Positions 48,960 through 56,223 of a stretch of DNA of 64,000 bases are shown piece after piece; within the stretch, counting starts at the first letter, position 1, and each line of letters starts with the position of its first letter. Source of the DNA: a virus. Its lineage: Duplodnaviria; Caudoviricetes. Made by a program: the position numbers and the translations under genes. Location of the stretch: the IMG/VR virus record IMGVR_UViG_3300021387_001034, positions 30,600 to 94,599 of that record, one strand, 5' to 3'. The notes under the pieces were generated by a model. The model saw only the letters and a list, made by a program, of their open reading frames with translations. It did not search any database and was not told the DNA's origin.

Positions 48960-50871
48960 TATTATTGATGTCGTACTAGCTCGCGCCTTAACCCCACAGG
49001 GGCAAATAGAATCTTATGCCGCCTAGTCTCAAGCCGCAGTTACCAAAGCCAATGCCGCTGTATCTCAAATTGAGACTATTACAGAGCAAACTAATGCAAA
49101 TAATACCAAGGCCGCGGAAACTTTGGCGGCCGCAGAGCAAGCAATGGAGAACGCTTCTGCCGCAGAAGCACGCATTGAGTCTGCACTTGAAGATATTCAA
49201 GGCGCAACTACTCAGCAAATTGATGAGGAAATGGATAAACTTGCCATTTCTCTCTCTTAGGTTAGCAATTCTACCTATAATTCTCCAACCTTAGTACTAA
49301 CAATGCCATCTGGCGAAACTAAGACTATTGAAAATCTAATAAAAATGTACAGTACCACTGGTCAAAATACCGATGGCACTATGACTCAAAAGGCAATTAC
49401 CGATGCTATCACCTCAGCTTATAATGCCTTAGAGATTCGCATTAATAATATTCCTACTGGCGGCAGTGGCGGTATCTCTAATCTTGGTACTGACGCCGCA
49501 GGTCATATAGTAATCGTAGGCCCAGATGGCAACATTACTGCTAGTGATATGACTGAAAGCGAGCTAATTCAGGCGCTAATGAATCCAAGTTCTTATAGCA
49601 CTGGCGGTTCAGTCGGACTTACTATTGATTATGAGAACAAGTCCTTTGAGCGCACACAAGATGCCACTTCTTATACACAGGGCGCCGACTTTAATAAATA
49701 TTCAATGTTTGGCGGTCGTATGCGTTGTAATGTAAATAACGATGGTACTATTACTGCTTTCTATGGCGACTCTAACTATAAAGAAGATGGTTCTAATGGC
49801 CAAGTAATGGTATATCAGCCCAAGTTCTATTACCAGCGCACTCTAATGAGTTCTAGTGTAACTGCGCGCGGCACTAAAGTATATAAAGAAAGTCTAATTC
49901 TTTCGCCAACCGCACGCGCAGGCTTCACTTTACATCCTCTTTTCAAGTCTGACGATGTAGAGCTAGATTACGTCTTACTTCCTGCCTATGAAGGCAGCAT
50001 TGAAGATGTAAGTCAGTCTAGCTATCTCAAAAACAATGAATCCGGCGTAACTGTCGCGCAAGACCGTTTAAGTTCTATCGCGGGCGCACTACCATTAAAT
50101 GGCTATAACAATACTATTTCTTTAGACAACCTCAAGCAACTCGCGCGCAATCGTGGTACTGGGTGGCAGCTCACTACAATTGAATTTGAATCTGCCAACC
50201 AGATGCTCGAGATGGTAGAGTTTGGTACTACTAATGTACAGACTGCACTAGAAAATGGCGTAGTTAGTATTAATAAAAATAGTAATGACAACTGTGCTGC
50301 CATTACAGGTTCTACCGCTTCTCTTGGTAACACAACTGGCGCCGCCGCGAATACTACGGTCGTTCTAAATAACAATCGTACTACCTACTCTACTCCTGGC
50401 TCTCGCGCTATTAGCTACCGTGGTATGGAGAATCCTTGGGGCAACCAGTGGCGTATCGTGGGGAATATGACCATTAAAGGCACTGGCAGTAATGCCGGGT
50501 CTCCTTACTATAACAGTGAAGCCACATTAAATATTACACTTCCATCGGCTTCTTCTTATTGGATTGAATCCTTTGGCGCCGATGCCAACTATGACTGGGT
50601 ATATATGCCTCTTGCTTGCGGCGGCAACGCCAATAGTGCTTTGCCAATAGGTGATAGTCTATGGTCTCTCTCCAATCTAAATGGAGAAGCGCTTATTTCT
50701 GTAGGCGGTATGTGTAATTCTGGGAATGCCGCGGGTATATTCCACTATGGATGCGATATATCCACAACTGCGGCTCTACGTGCTAGCGGCGGTCGTATTA
50801 TGTTTGTCCCGCAGAAAAATACAATCTATAACAGCAATATAACCAAATGGCGTCAACATTATGGAGGTTGA
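48952..50871 (+). CDS. tail/receptor-binding protein with C-type-lectin (FGE/Mtd-like) C-terminus (2 TAG)
   Basis: GQNTDGTMTQKAIT; GQVMVYQPKFYY; SYRGMENPWGNQW; GG....G..AG.F. Confidence 0.8.
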
Positions 50872-50876
50872 GTATA

Positions 50877-51122
50877 ATGAAAAATTATGGTATCGTTTAC
50901 GGCACAACGGAGCCTCAGCCAATTGAAATAACTTCAACTTCTGTATTTACCGCTTCTAATGTAGAGCCTTATACGCAAGAAATAGAAGGTAAGACTATCT
51001 CTGGTTATCAGTATGAATATACTGAGTATACCAAAGATGAATATCTTCTATCTCAAGCCGCTAGTATTGCTTCCTTACAGGAAGAACTTGCGGCCGCAAA
51101 GGTGCTATTGGGGGTGGAGTAA
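50877..51122 (+). CDS. small tail-associated protein
   Basis: GGAGG RBS; YEYTEYTKDEYL. Confidence 0.8.
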   Translation: MKNYGIVYGTTEPQPIEITSTSVFTASNVEPYTQEIEGKTISGYQYEYTEYTKDEYLLSQAASIASLQEELAAAKVLLGVE

Positions 51123-51125
51123 TAA

Positions 51126-51530
51126 ATGACTTTATTAGAATTGGCGCGCAAATTGCGTCCATATATTGAGAAAGCGGCCTTATCTCTTTCAGATGAGGAC
51201 GCTCTTGAAGCCGTTTAGTTATTTCCCAATTGGAATGAAAACGCAGCCTATTTAGAAGGCGATAAAGTTAATTATGAAGGCATTTTATATAAATGCCTTC
51301 AATCACACGCGGCTTAGGCCGCTTGGACTCCTACCGCCGCTCCAAGCCTATGGGCGAAAGTACTTATCCCAGATGAAAATGTTATCCCAGAATGGGAGCA
51401 ACCGGATAGTACCAATCCTTATATGCGCGGTGATAAAGTAATGTTTGAAGGGCAAGTATATGAAAGCGCCATTGATAATAACATCTGGTCACCAAGCGCT
51501 TACCCAGCAGGATGGTAGGTAGTATCCTAA
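51126..51530 (+). CDS. CBM5/12-like (chitin-binding-type) repeat protein (3 TAG)
   Basis: LFPNW...Y..GDKV.YEG.LYKCLQSHAA*AAWTP..APSLW; WEQPDSTNPYM.GDKV. Confidence 0.88.
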
Positions 51531-51533
51531 TAT

Positions 51534-51562
51534 TTGACTTTTTTCAATTTTTGTGCTATAAT
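51534..51562 (+). promoter_or_regulatory. sigma-A/70-type promoter (start of RNA island)
   Basis: TTGACT-N17-TATAAT with TG. Confidence 0.8.
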
Positions 51563-51633
51563 ATTTACAGAAGGTAAGGAAAGGAACTTACCTTCTGTGA
51601 ATAATTTTTCATTACATAAGGAGGTAATGAAGT

Positions 51634-51972
51634 ATGAAGTACTACGGTGAACGCACGAACCGTCTATACAATACTGAAAAGGAATGTATGGATGCTGAGT
51701 TCGCGGCAAAAGAACAGGAAAATCTAGCTAGAATTCAAAAAGAAAAGGCAGAAAGAGAACTAAAGGAGAAGAAAGAACAAGAAACAGCTCTTCGTAAAGA
51801 AGCCGCAATGAAGGTGGATGCGGCACGTAAGGCTTATCTAGAGGCGCAGAAAGCCTATCGTGAAGAGTTGGAATCTTTCTGTAAGACATACGGTACATAT
51901 CATTACAGTATTGATAATGCCGATGAAGTTCCTTCTCTATTTGATGTACTGAAGTATGCTTTTACTTGGTGA
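51634..51972 (+). CDS. coiled-coil hypothetical phage protein
   Basis: AGGAGG RBS. Confidence 0.85.
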   Translation: MKYYGERTNRLYNTEKECMDAEFAAKEQENLARIQKEKAERELKEKKEQETALRKEAAMKVDAARKAYLEAQKAYREELESFCKTYGTYHYSIDNADEVPSLFDVLKYAFTW

Positions 51973-52008
51973 CTGAACGGCTTGGACTGAGCCGTAATCA
52001 GTCCTTTT
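51971..52008 (+). terminator. terminator-like hairpin just before the CUA tRNA
   Basis: GACTGA ACGGCTT...GAGCCGT AA TCAGTC CTTTT. Confidence 0.5.
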
Positions 52009-52012
52009 AAAT

Positions 52013-52101
52013 AGCCCGTAGGTGTGTGGCTGCACGGGGGCTCTCTAAAAGCCCGGCTTCTGAGGCGAACGGACTGGGTTCGATTCCCAGGCGGGCTGCC
52101 A
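52013..52101 (+). tRNA. amber-suppressor tRNA (anticodon CUA), atypical long variable region
   Basis: AGCCCGT/GCGGGCT-G-CCA acceptor; GGGCT-CTCTAAA-AGCCC; CTGGG-TTCGATT-CCCAG; 19-nt variable region. Confidence 0.85.
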
Positions 52102-52108
52102 ATAACTA

Positions 52109-52181
52109 TCGGCACGAACAGCAATATTTTATAATTATTGTCACCATATTTATTGATAGCAGACAAACTATCCAGTGCCGA
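52109..52181 (+). ncRNA. CAGCAA-clamp element 1 (short cargo)
   Basis: TCGGCAC/GTGCCGA stem + ACAGCAA. Confidence 0.55.
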
Positions 52182-52187
52182 GCATAT

Positions 52188-52258
52188 GCACCATTGGTGT
52201 AAAGGTAACACAGGTGCCCTCCAAGCATCTGATGCCCGTTCAATCCGGGTATGGTGCT
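52188..52258 (+). tRNA. trnG: tRNA-Gly(UCC), C33
   Basis: cloverleaf; GGTGC-CCTCCAA-GCATC. Confidence 0.85.
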
Positions 52259-52260
52259 CT

Positions 52261-52612
52261 TGCTGGGGAGCAATAGAACCCAGGTGCCTTTCAGCCTGTT
52301 TCGCGAATAAATGGAAGGACGCAAGCAAGCACGTATGCTACTCGGGAGTCACTACCCCGTAAGCCAGCCTAGGATGACAGATGTGTGAGAGCCGGTGTTA
52401 GGCTACTATAGTAATATAACAACGAATTTAGTGTTCCGTAAAAACACTCATCTATCTCCGAGATGTTAAATTGGAGCGTAGTCACAACACGTTATATTGC
52501 GGGCACGGCGACGCCATACTTCGCCCGTGGTCGGGGAGTTGCGAACCCGCGGCCACACCTCCGTATCCCTATCAGGCTAACGCAATTAGTTTCTGAAATA
52601 TACGGAGTTTTT
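52261..52612 (+). ncRNA. candidate structured ncRNA(s) ending in a terminator
   Basis: GC-richer non-coding stretch with multiple stems (AGCCTA/TAGGCT, ATATAAC/GTTATAT, GTGGTCG/CGGCCAC, CTCCGTAT/ATACGGAG-T tract). Confidence 0.45.
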
Positions 52613-52615
52613 TAT

Positions 52616-52644
52616 TTGACTTTTAATAAAATTTCTGTTATAAT
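52616..52644 (+). promoter_or_regulatory. sigma-A/70-type promoter
   Basis: TTGACT-N17-TATAAT. Confidence 0.8.
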
Positions 52645-52667
52645 ATATATGTAAAGGGGATGAGAGT

Positions 52668-52925
52668 ATGGCTTTAGATAAGGCTATAAAATTCGGGAAA
52701 GAACACCGAAGACCATATCGCGGTTCAAAACGGATTGATTGTTCTTGCCGAAACCACGGTTCTTGTCCTTATTGCGAACAAAATCGCAAACATAAGTTTC
52801 TTGACTTGAAAGGAGAGCAGATGTTAGACGATTTTATTATGAATTTCTCTTGGGAAGAACTTGAGGCCGAAGAATGGTCTATTGAAGATTTGGAAAATGA
52901 TTATTTGACAAAAGAAGAAAATTAA
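52668..52925 (+). CDS. conserved phage hypothetical protein (KAIKFGKEHRRPYRGSK.IDCSCRNHGSCPYC)
   Basis: motif common in tRNA-rich phages. Confidence 0.85.
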   Translation: MALDKAIKFGKEHRRPYRGSKRIDCSCRNHGSCPYCEQNRKHKFLDLKGEQMLDDFIMNFSWEELEAEEWSIEDLENDYLTKEEN

Positions 52926-52933
52926 GGTATAAT
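52905..52933 (+). promoter_or_regulatory. sigma-A/70-type promoter
   Basis: TTGACA-N17-TATAAT. Confidence 0.75.
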
Positions 52934-52962
52934 AATTACGAAAGAAGGAAAGGAGAAAGAAA

Positions 52963-53148
52963 ATGGAAACGATTAGATTTTGGTATACTTTCGATGATAA
53001 GGATGGCGATATGTCCACTAGTGACATTGAAGTTAGCCTTTCTAATGAAGGCGGCGTAAATCTTGGAGAGGTTTGTGAAGCCTTCGCGCACTTCCTTGAA
53101 GCCGCAGGTTTCTGCGCCGAAAATTTGTCTGAATACTTCATCGACTAA
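52963..53148 (+). CDS. small acidic hypothetical protein
   Basis: AAGGAG RBS. Confidence 0.75.
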   Translation: METIRFWYTFDDKDGDMSTSDIEVSLSNEGGVNLGEVCEAFAHFLEAAGFCAENLSEYFID

Positions 53149-53151
53149 TAT

Positions 53152-53180
53152 TTGACTTTCAACAAAAATTATGATATAAT
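53152..53180 (+). promoter_or_regulatory. sigma-A/70-type promoter
   Basis: TTGACT-N17-TATAAT with TG. Confidence 0.8.
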
Positions 53181-53200
53181 AATTATGTTGAAAGGGCAGG

Positions 53201-53293
53201 AACGTAGTGTAGAGGTTCAAATCCTCTTGCGGTGGCTCAAAGTAACAAGTTAGTCGCTTGTGCTCGCCGCACGGATATAGGCGATACCGCGTT
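53201..53293 (+). ncRNA. circularly permuted tRNA-like RNA (no CAGCAA clamp)
   Basis: AACGT/GCGTT closing stem; T arm AGAGG-TTCAAAT-CCTCT first; closed acceptor-like stem TGCGGTG/CGCCGCA. Confidence 0.55.
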
Positions 53294-53325
53294 TGGCAAG
53301 ATGACTGCTTGCACTGTTTGTATGA

Positions 53326-53402
53326 CGGGCGCTAGCACAGTCGGTTAGTGCAGTGGTCTTATAAACCAAAGATGCAGAGTTCAAATCTCTGGCGCCCTAC
53401 CA
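53326..53402 (+). tRNA. trnI: tRNA-Ile(UAU), C1:U72 mismatch
   Basis: TGGT-CTTATAA-ACCA; CCA encoded. Confidence 0.85.
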
Positions 53403-53870
53403 CGTTGCTACCTTACCTGAGCAACTAAAATATAATGGGCAAGCGGTTAGGTGAGAAGGTATTTCTAGACTCCCCACACGCGGATGTCCGAGAACATCAA
53501 AAGGAGCCGGCTAGGACGCAGAAGATTGAATTGGTTATGCAACGCAGCGAGATGGCAGTGCAAACTATAGTACGCGTATGGGTTATAAGTTATCCTCGCC
53601 AAGGCGGAAAACTTAACGGCTGAAAAACGAGAGAAATATGGAGAAGGCTCCGTTTGGCTAGAAGTAGCTACCTAGACCAAAGTAAGTGGATTAGAAGAAC
53701 CGCGTTCTTCACCGCCCACTCCTCGTCACGATGTGTAGGCCACGCATAGGAGTAATAGGGAGCGAGTACGAATAACTCACATATGCCCGTACAGGACTAG
53801 TACTGTGGTCTGGTGAGTAGTAGCCAGCTATGCGCCGAGATAGGAGACTCGGTTATCAACTCTCCTTGTA
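53403..53870 (+). ncRNA. candidate large structured ncRNA (~470 nt)
   Basis: purine-rich non-coding stretch between tRNAs with many short stems; no RBS-led ORF. Confidence 0.45.
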
Positions 53871-53871
53871 T

Positions 53872-53942
53872 GCACCATTGATGTAGCGGCAACATAGCAC
53901 GTTGCCAACGTGTTTTCACCAGTTCAAGTCTGGTATGGTGCT
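53872..53942 (+). tRNA. trnG: tRNA-Gly(GCC)
   Basis: GCACG-TTGCCAA-CGTGT. Confidence 0.9.
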
Positions 53943-53945
53943 CAT

Positions 53946-54063
53946 TTAGACGGGTCAGCAATCGTTCTTTTGCATTGTAGAGCACGAGGTTCCAGGTTCA
54001 AGTCCTGGGTTGGGCCCTATGCCCAATTAGCTCAATTGGCAGAGCGCGTAATAGTCCGTCTAG
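53946..54063 (+). ncRNA. CAGCAA-clamp element 2 with circularly permuted tRNA (YrlA-like topology)
   Basis: TAGACGGG/TCCGTCTA + TCAGCAA; T arm CCAGG-TTCAAGT-CCTGG, closed acceptor GTTGGGC-CCTAT-GCCCAAT, D arm TAGCTC-AATTGGCA-GAGC. Confidence 0.85.
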
Positions 54064-54068
54064 TTTAT

Positions 54069-54141
54069 GCCCAAAGATAGTTTAAGCAGGAGAAAACAAC
54101 GCCAGTGGCGGGAGAGATGAGGTTCGAATCCTCTGAGGGTA
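54069..54141 (+). ncRNA. degenerate tRNA-like RNA without anticodon loop
   Basis: D arm GTTT/AAAC, CGCC-AGT-GGCG, T arm GAGG-TTCGAAT-CCTC. Confidence 0.45.
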
Positions 54142-54183
54142 TCGCGATTGTATCGGCAACTGATACATCTAGCAAGAAGTTGC

Positions 54184-54307
54184 GGCCGTATCTCAGGGTC
54201 AATCTGAGAAGAGGGAAAATATTAGTTTTGGGTTGCAGGTTCGACCCCTGCTGCACTGGGCAAAGCGCTCGGTGTAATCGAGAGGAATACCGCAAACTAA
54301 TACGGCT
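54184..54307 (+). ncRNA. permuted tRNA-like RNA (T arm then closed acceptor-like stem)
   Basis: TATTAGTTT/AAACTAATA closing stem; GCAGG-TTCGACC-CCTGC; TGCACTGGG/CTCGGTGTA. Confidence 0.55.
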
Positions 54308-54359
54308 TAGCTAGCCTTACCTCGGTCAGCTTGGTCGCGACAAGTTGACTTCTTTATAT

Positions 54360-54432
54360 CGCACCTAGGACAAACGGTTAAGTCACGGCGCTCATAACGC
54401 TTGAGGAATCGGTTCAACTCCGATAGGTGCCA
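54360..54432 (+). tRNA. tRNA with CAU anticodon (Met or Ile2), C1:C72 mismatch, A8
   Basis: GGCG-CTCATAA-CGCT; ATCGG-TTCAACT-CCGAT. Confidence 0.8.
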
Positions 54433-54525
54433 CACTCGGCTTAGGGTATCCCGCCTGAGCCATCATAGGAACACTATTAGCCGCCTGTTCCGCCTCATTT
54501 GAGGAACTTTGGGTAGGCAATATTT

Positions 54526-54596
54526 GGCCCCTTAGCTTAATGGTAAAGCGGGCGGCTGTTAACCGCTTGATGGGAGTCCGATTCTCTCAGGGGCCG
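54526..54596 (+). tRNA. trnN: tRNA-Asn(GUU), T-loop TCCGA
   Basis: GGCGG-CTGTTAA-CCGCT. Confidence 0.9.
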
Positions 54597-54660
54597 CTTT
54601 CGAAAGACACAGCGGTCATTCGATATTTTTCAGCAGGGCCGGAACCTCCCTGCTACCCTT

Positions 54661-54732
54661 GGCCTTATCGTATAGTGGTAATTACGTAGGCTTGTCACGC
54701 CTAAAACCGCAGTTCAATTCTGCGTAAGGTCG
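54661..54732 (+). tRNA. trnD: tRNA-Asp(GUC)
   Basis: TAGGC-TTGTCAC-GCCTA. Confidence 0.9.
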
Positions 54733-54782
54733 CTCCTATCATAATAACACACCTTCATTTGCACGGCGCGAAAGCGCCGCAT

Positions 54783-54854
54783 GCCCGATTGGACAATCGG
54801 TTAAGTCACGTGCCCTTCAAGCACGAGTGTCCAGTTCAACTCTGGGATCGGGTA
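54783..54854 (+). tRNA. trnE: tRNA-Glu(UUC), C33
   Basis: CGTGC-CCTTCAA-GCACG. Confidence 0.88.
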
Positions 54855-54860
54855 CTTTAG

Positions 54861-54921
54861 TAGACACCTACAGCAAACCTTTAGGAATAATTAGACATAA
54901 AATCTAATGAAGAGGTGTCTA
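54861..54921 (+). ncRNA. CAGCAA-clamp element 3 (anticodon-arm-like cargo)
   Basis: TAGACACCT/AGGTGTCTA + ACAGCAA; ATTAGA-CATAAAA-TCTAAT. Confidence 0.75.
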
Positions 54922-54924
54922 GAT

Positions 54925-55400
54925 TTTTGGTAGTATGCGCCGTTGGACCGCTCGGGGCCTGCCCCGGTCGAGGTTTTCTACCAAATGAAACGGACACTTG
55001 CATTTTCAATGGACGATGGCGGTAGCAAGTAAAAAACAGACCTTTCGCCCGCGCAATTGCTGACAACTGAGATGTGCGCGTTATAAATGTCGGAACTAGT
55101 TGTGCTCCGGTTTTACGGCTTTTATAAGATGGGAGCTAAAACAAAAGCCGCGGCGCGTGTACACGCTGTTTAAGGTTTCTCTTGGCCGCGGGGAAGTGCC
55201 TCGAAATCAAGAACCGCCGGTAACTTGCGGTATATAAAAAGAGCGATTACTCCCAATACATGAAAAACCGGGCGTTTCTAGAGCGCAGAGATAGTGCGGT
55301 AGAGGGTTGTATACTATCAAAATTACAGGAGTGATGAGAAGCTACTTCACTTAATACTCTGCTTGACCATAGACGTATGGCGAACGAATCCTGTATTTTT
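54925..55400 (+). ncRNA. candidate structured ncRNA(s)
   Basis: non-coding, many stems (TTTGGTAG/CTACCAAA, CGGCTTTT/AAAAGCCG, TACAGGA/TCCTGTA). Confidence 0.4.
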
Positions 55401-55410
55401 CTTATTTTGG

Positions 55411-55492
55411 CGGGATATGGTGTAACTGGCAGCCACACAGCACTTAAAATGCTGCGCTTTATAGCGTCCGGGTCCGAATCCCGGTATCCCGA
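55411..55492 (+). tRNA. trnL: tRNA-Leu(UAA), T-loop TCCGA
   Basis: CAGCA-CTTAAAA-TGCTG; long variable arm. Confidence 0.9.
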
Positions 55493-55496
55493 CTTC

Positions 55497-55520
55497 GCCC
55501 CATTAAAGTGGGGCATTTTC
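55497..55520 (+). terminator. intrinsic terminator
   Basis: GCCCCATT-AA-AGTGGGGC-ATTTT. Confidence 0.7.
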
Positions 55521-55538
55521 TATATGGAGTTGATGCAT

Positions 55539-55610
55539 ATGAAAAAACTCTTCTTTATTCCTATACTTATCCTTTTATTCCTCTTCCTAACAATGCGTAT
55601 CGCATACTGA
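55539..55610 (+). CDS. 23-aa hydrophobic peptide
   Basis: GGAG RBS; MKKLFFIPILILLFLFLTMRIAY. Confidence 0.45.
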   Translation: MKKLFFIPILILLFLFLTMRIAY

Positions 55611-55620
55611 GGTGATAACT

Positions 55621-55704
55621 ATGAGTTGGGGATTACTTATACTTGCTATATTTTTCATACTTGTAATTTTAAATGATTGTTATAATGGAACTCCGAAAAT
55701 CTAA
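55621..55704 (+). CDS. 27-aa hydrophobic peptide
   Basis: GAGGTG RBS; MSWGLLILAIFFILVILNDCYNGTPKI. Confidence 0.5.
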   Translation: MSWGLLILAIFFILVILNDCYNGTPKI

Positions 55705-55707
55705 TAT

Positions 55708-55736
55708 TTGACTTTTAATAAAAATTCTGTTATAAT
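55708..55736 (+). promoter_or_regulatory. sigma-A/70-type promoter
   Basis: TTGACT-N17-TATAAT with TG. Confidence 0.8.
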
Positions 55737-55863
55737 ATTAATGTACCAAGGGAGAAAAGCTACTTCCGGAAGTTACGGATGCCCGGTTAATCGTACGTAA
55801 GACTGGGGTCACGGCAGGATTGGTACAGAATACTTAGTGGGCCGTAACTATAAGTATTCAACA

Positions 55864-56119
55864 AACGGGCCGTAGGCTTAAAAGCAGCCATCGGTTAAAG
55901 AGTATCTCGCAACTAAGATTGTAGTGAGTAAGTTGGTAGAACCAACTAGCTAACAATCACATGTAGCCTCCCGCAGACCAAAGGCATGGTTAGGCGCTAC
56001 CGCTGTCGGTTAGAAGGGCTTCCTTCATAGTTAGTAATGACAATTCGTAGTACAATCGCGTTACTAGCTATCCGTCAAGTTGTACTACTGTGGAGATTTT
56101 GGCGTAGTAGCACACCGTT
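55864..56119 (+). ncRNA. 23S rRNA H43-H44 (uL11-binding GTPase-associated centre) mimic with large insert
   Basis: AACGG-GCCGTAGGCTTAAAAGCAGCCATCGGTTAAAGAGT [insert] GGCGTAGTAGCACA-CCGTT. Confidence 0.75.
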
Positions 56120-56123
56120 CTAT

Positions 56124-56199
56124 GCTCCTATCGTACAGCAGTCTAGTACAATCGCTTCGTAAGCGATAAACCTCGGCGCGCATCCGAGTAGGAGCTCCA
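56124..56199 (+). tRNA. trnT: tRNA-Thr(CGU), aberrant T-loop
   Basis: ATCGC-TTCGTAA-GCGAT; CCA encoded. Confidence 0.85.
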
Positions 56200-56223
56200 T
56201 TAAAAATTCTGAAAGGAAAAGTT

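Noticed and set aside
123-50375. Minus-strand ORFs other than the SpoIID-like gene
   Set aside because: Shadow frames of well-supported plus-strand genes.
48952-50871. Diversity-generating retroelement target
   Set aside because: C-type-lectin-like end is present, but I saw no reverse transcriptase or TR/VR repeat pair in the window.
12815-51530. Fragmented structural ORFs as pseudogenes or a decayed prophage
   Set aside because: Breaks are TAG only, frames are preserved over kilobases, and TAG falls at Gln positions.
52013-52101. Pyrrolysine or selenocysteine system
   Set aside because: Long variable region unlike tRNA-Pyl, anticodon is not UCA, no pyl/sel genes, and TAG columns indicate Gln.
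55324-55395. Hammerhead ribozyme (GTGATGAG...CGAA)
   Set aside because: The core CUGAnGA/GAAA is not intact.
55864-56119. Contaminating rRNA gene fragment or chimeric assembly
   Set aside because: Similarity is limited to H43-H44, is diverged, is interrupted by a structured insert and is closed by a novel stem; annotated as ncRNA instead.
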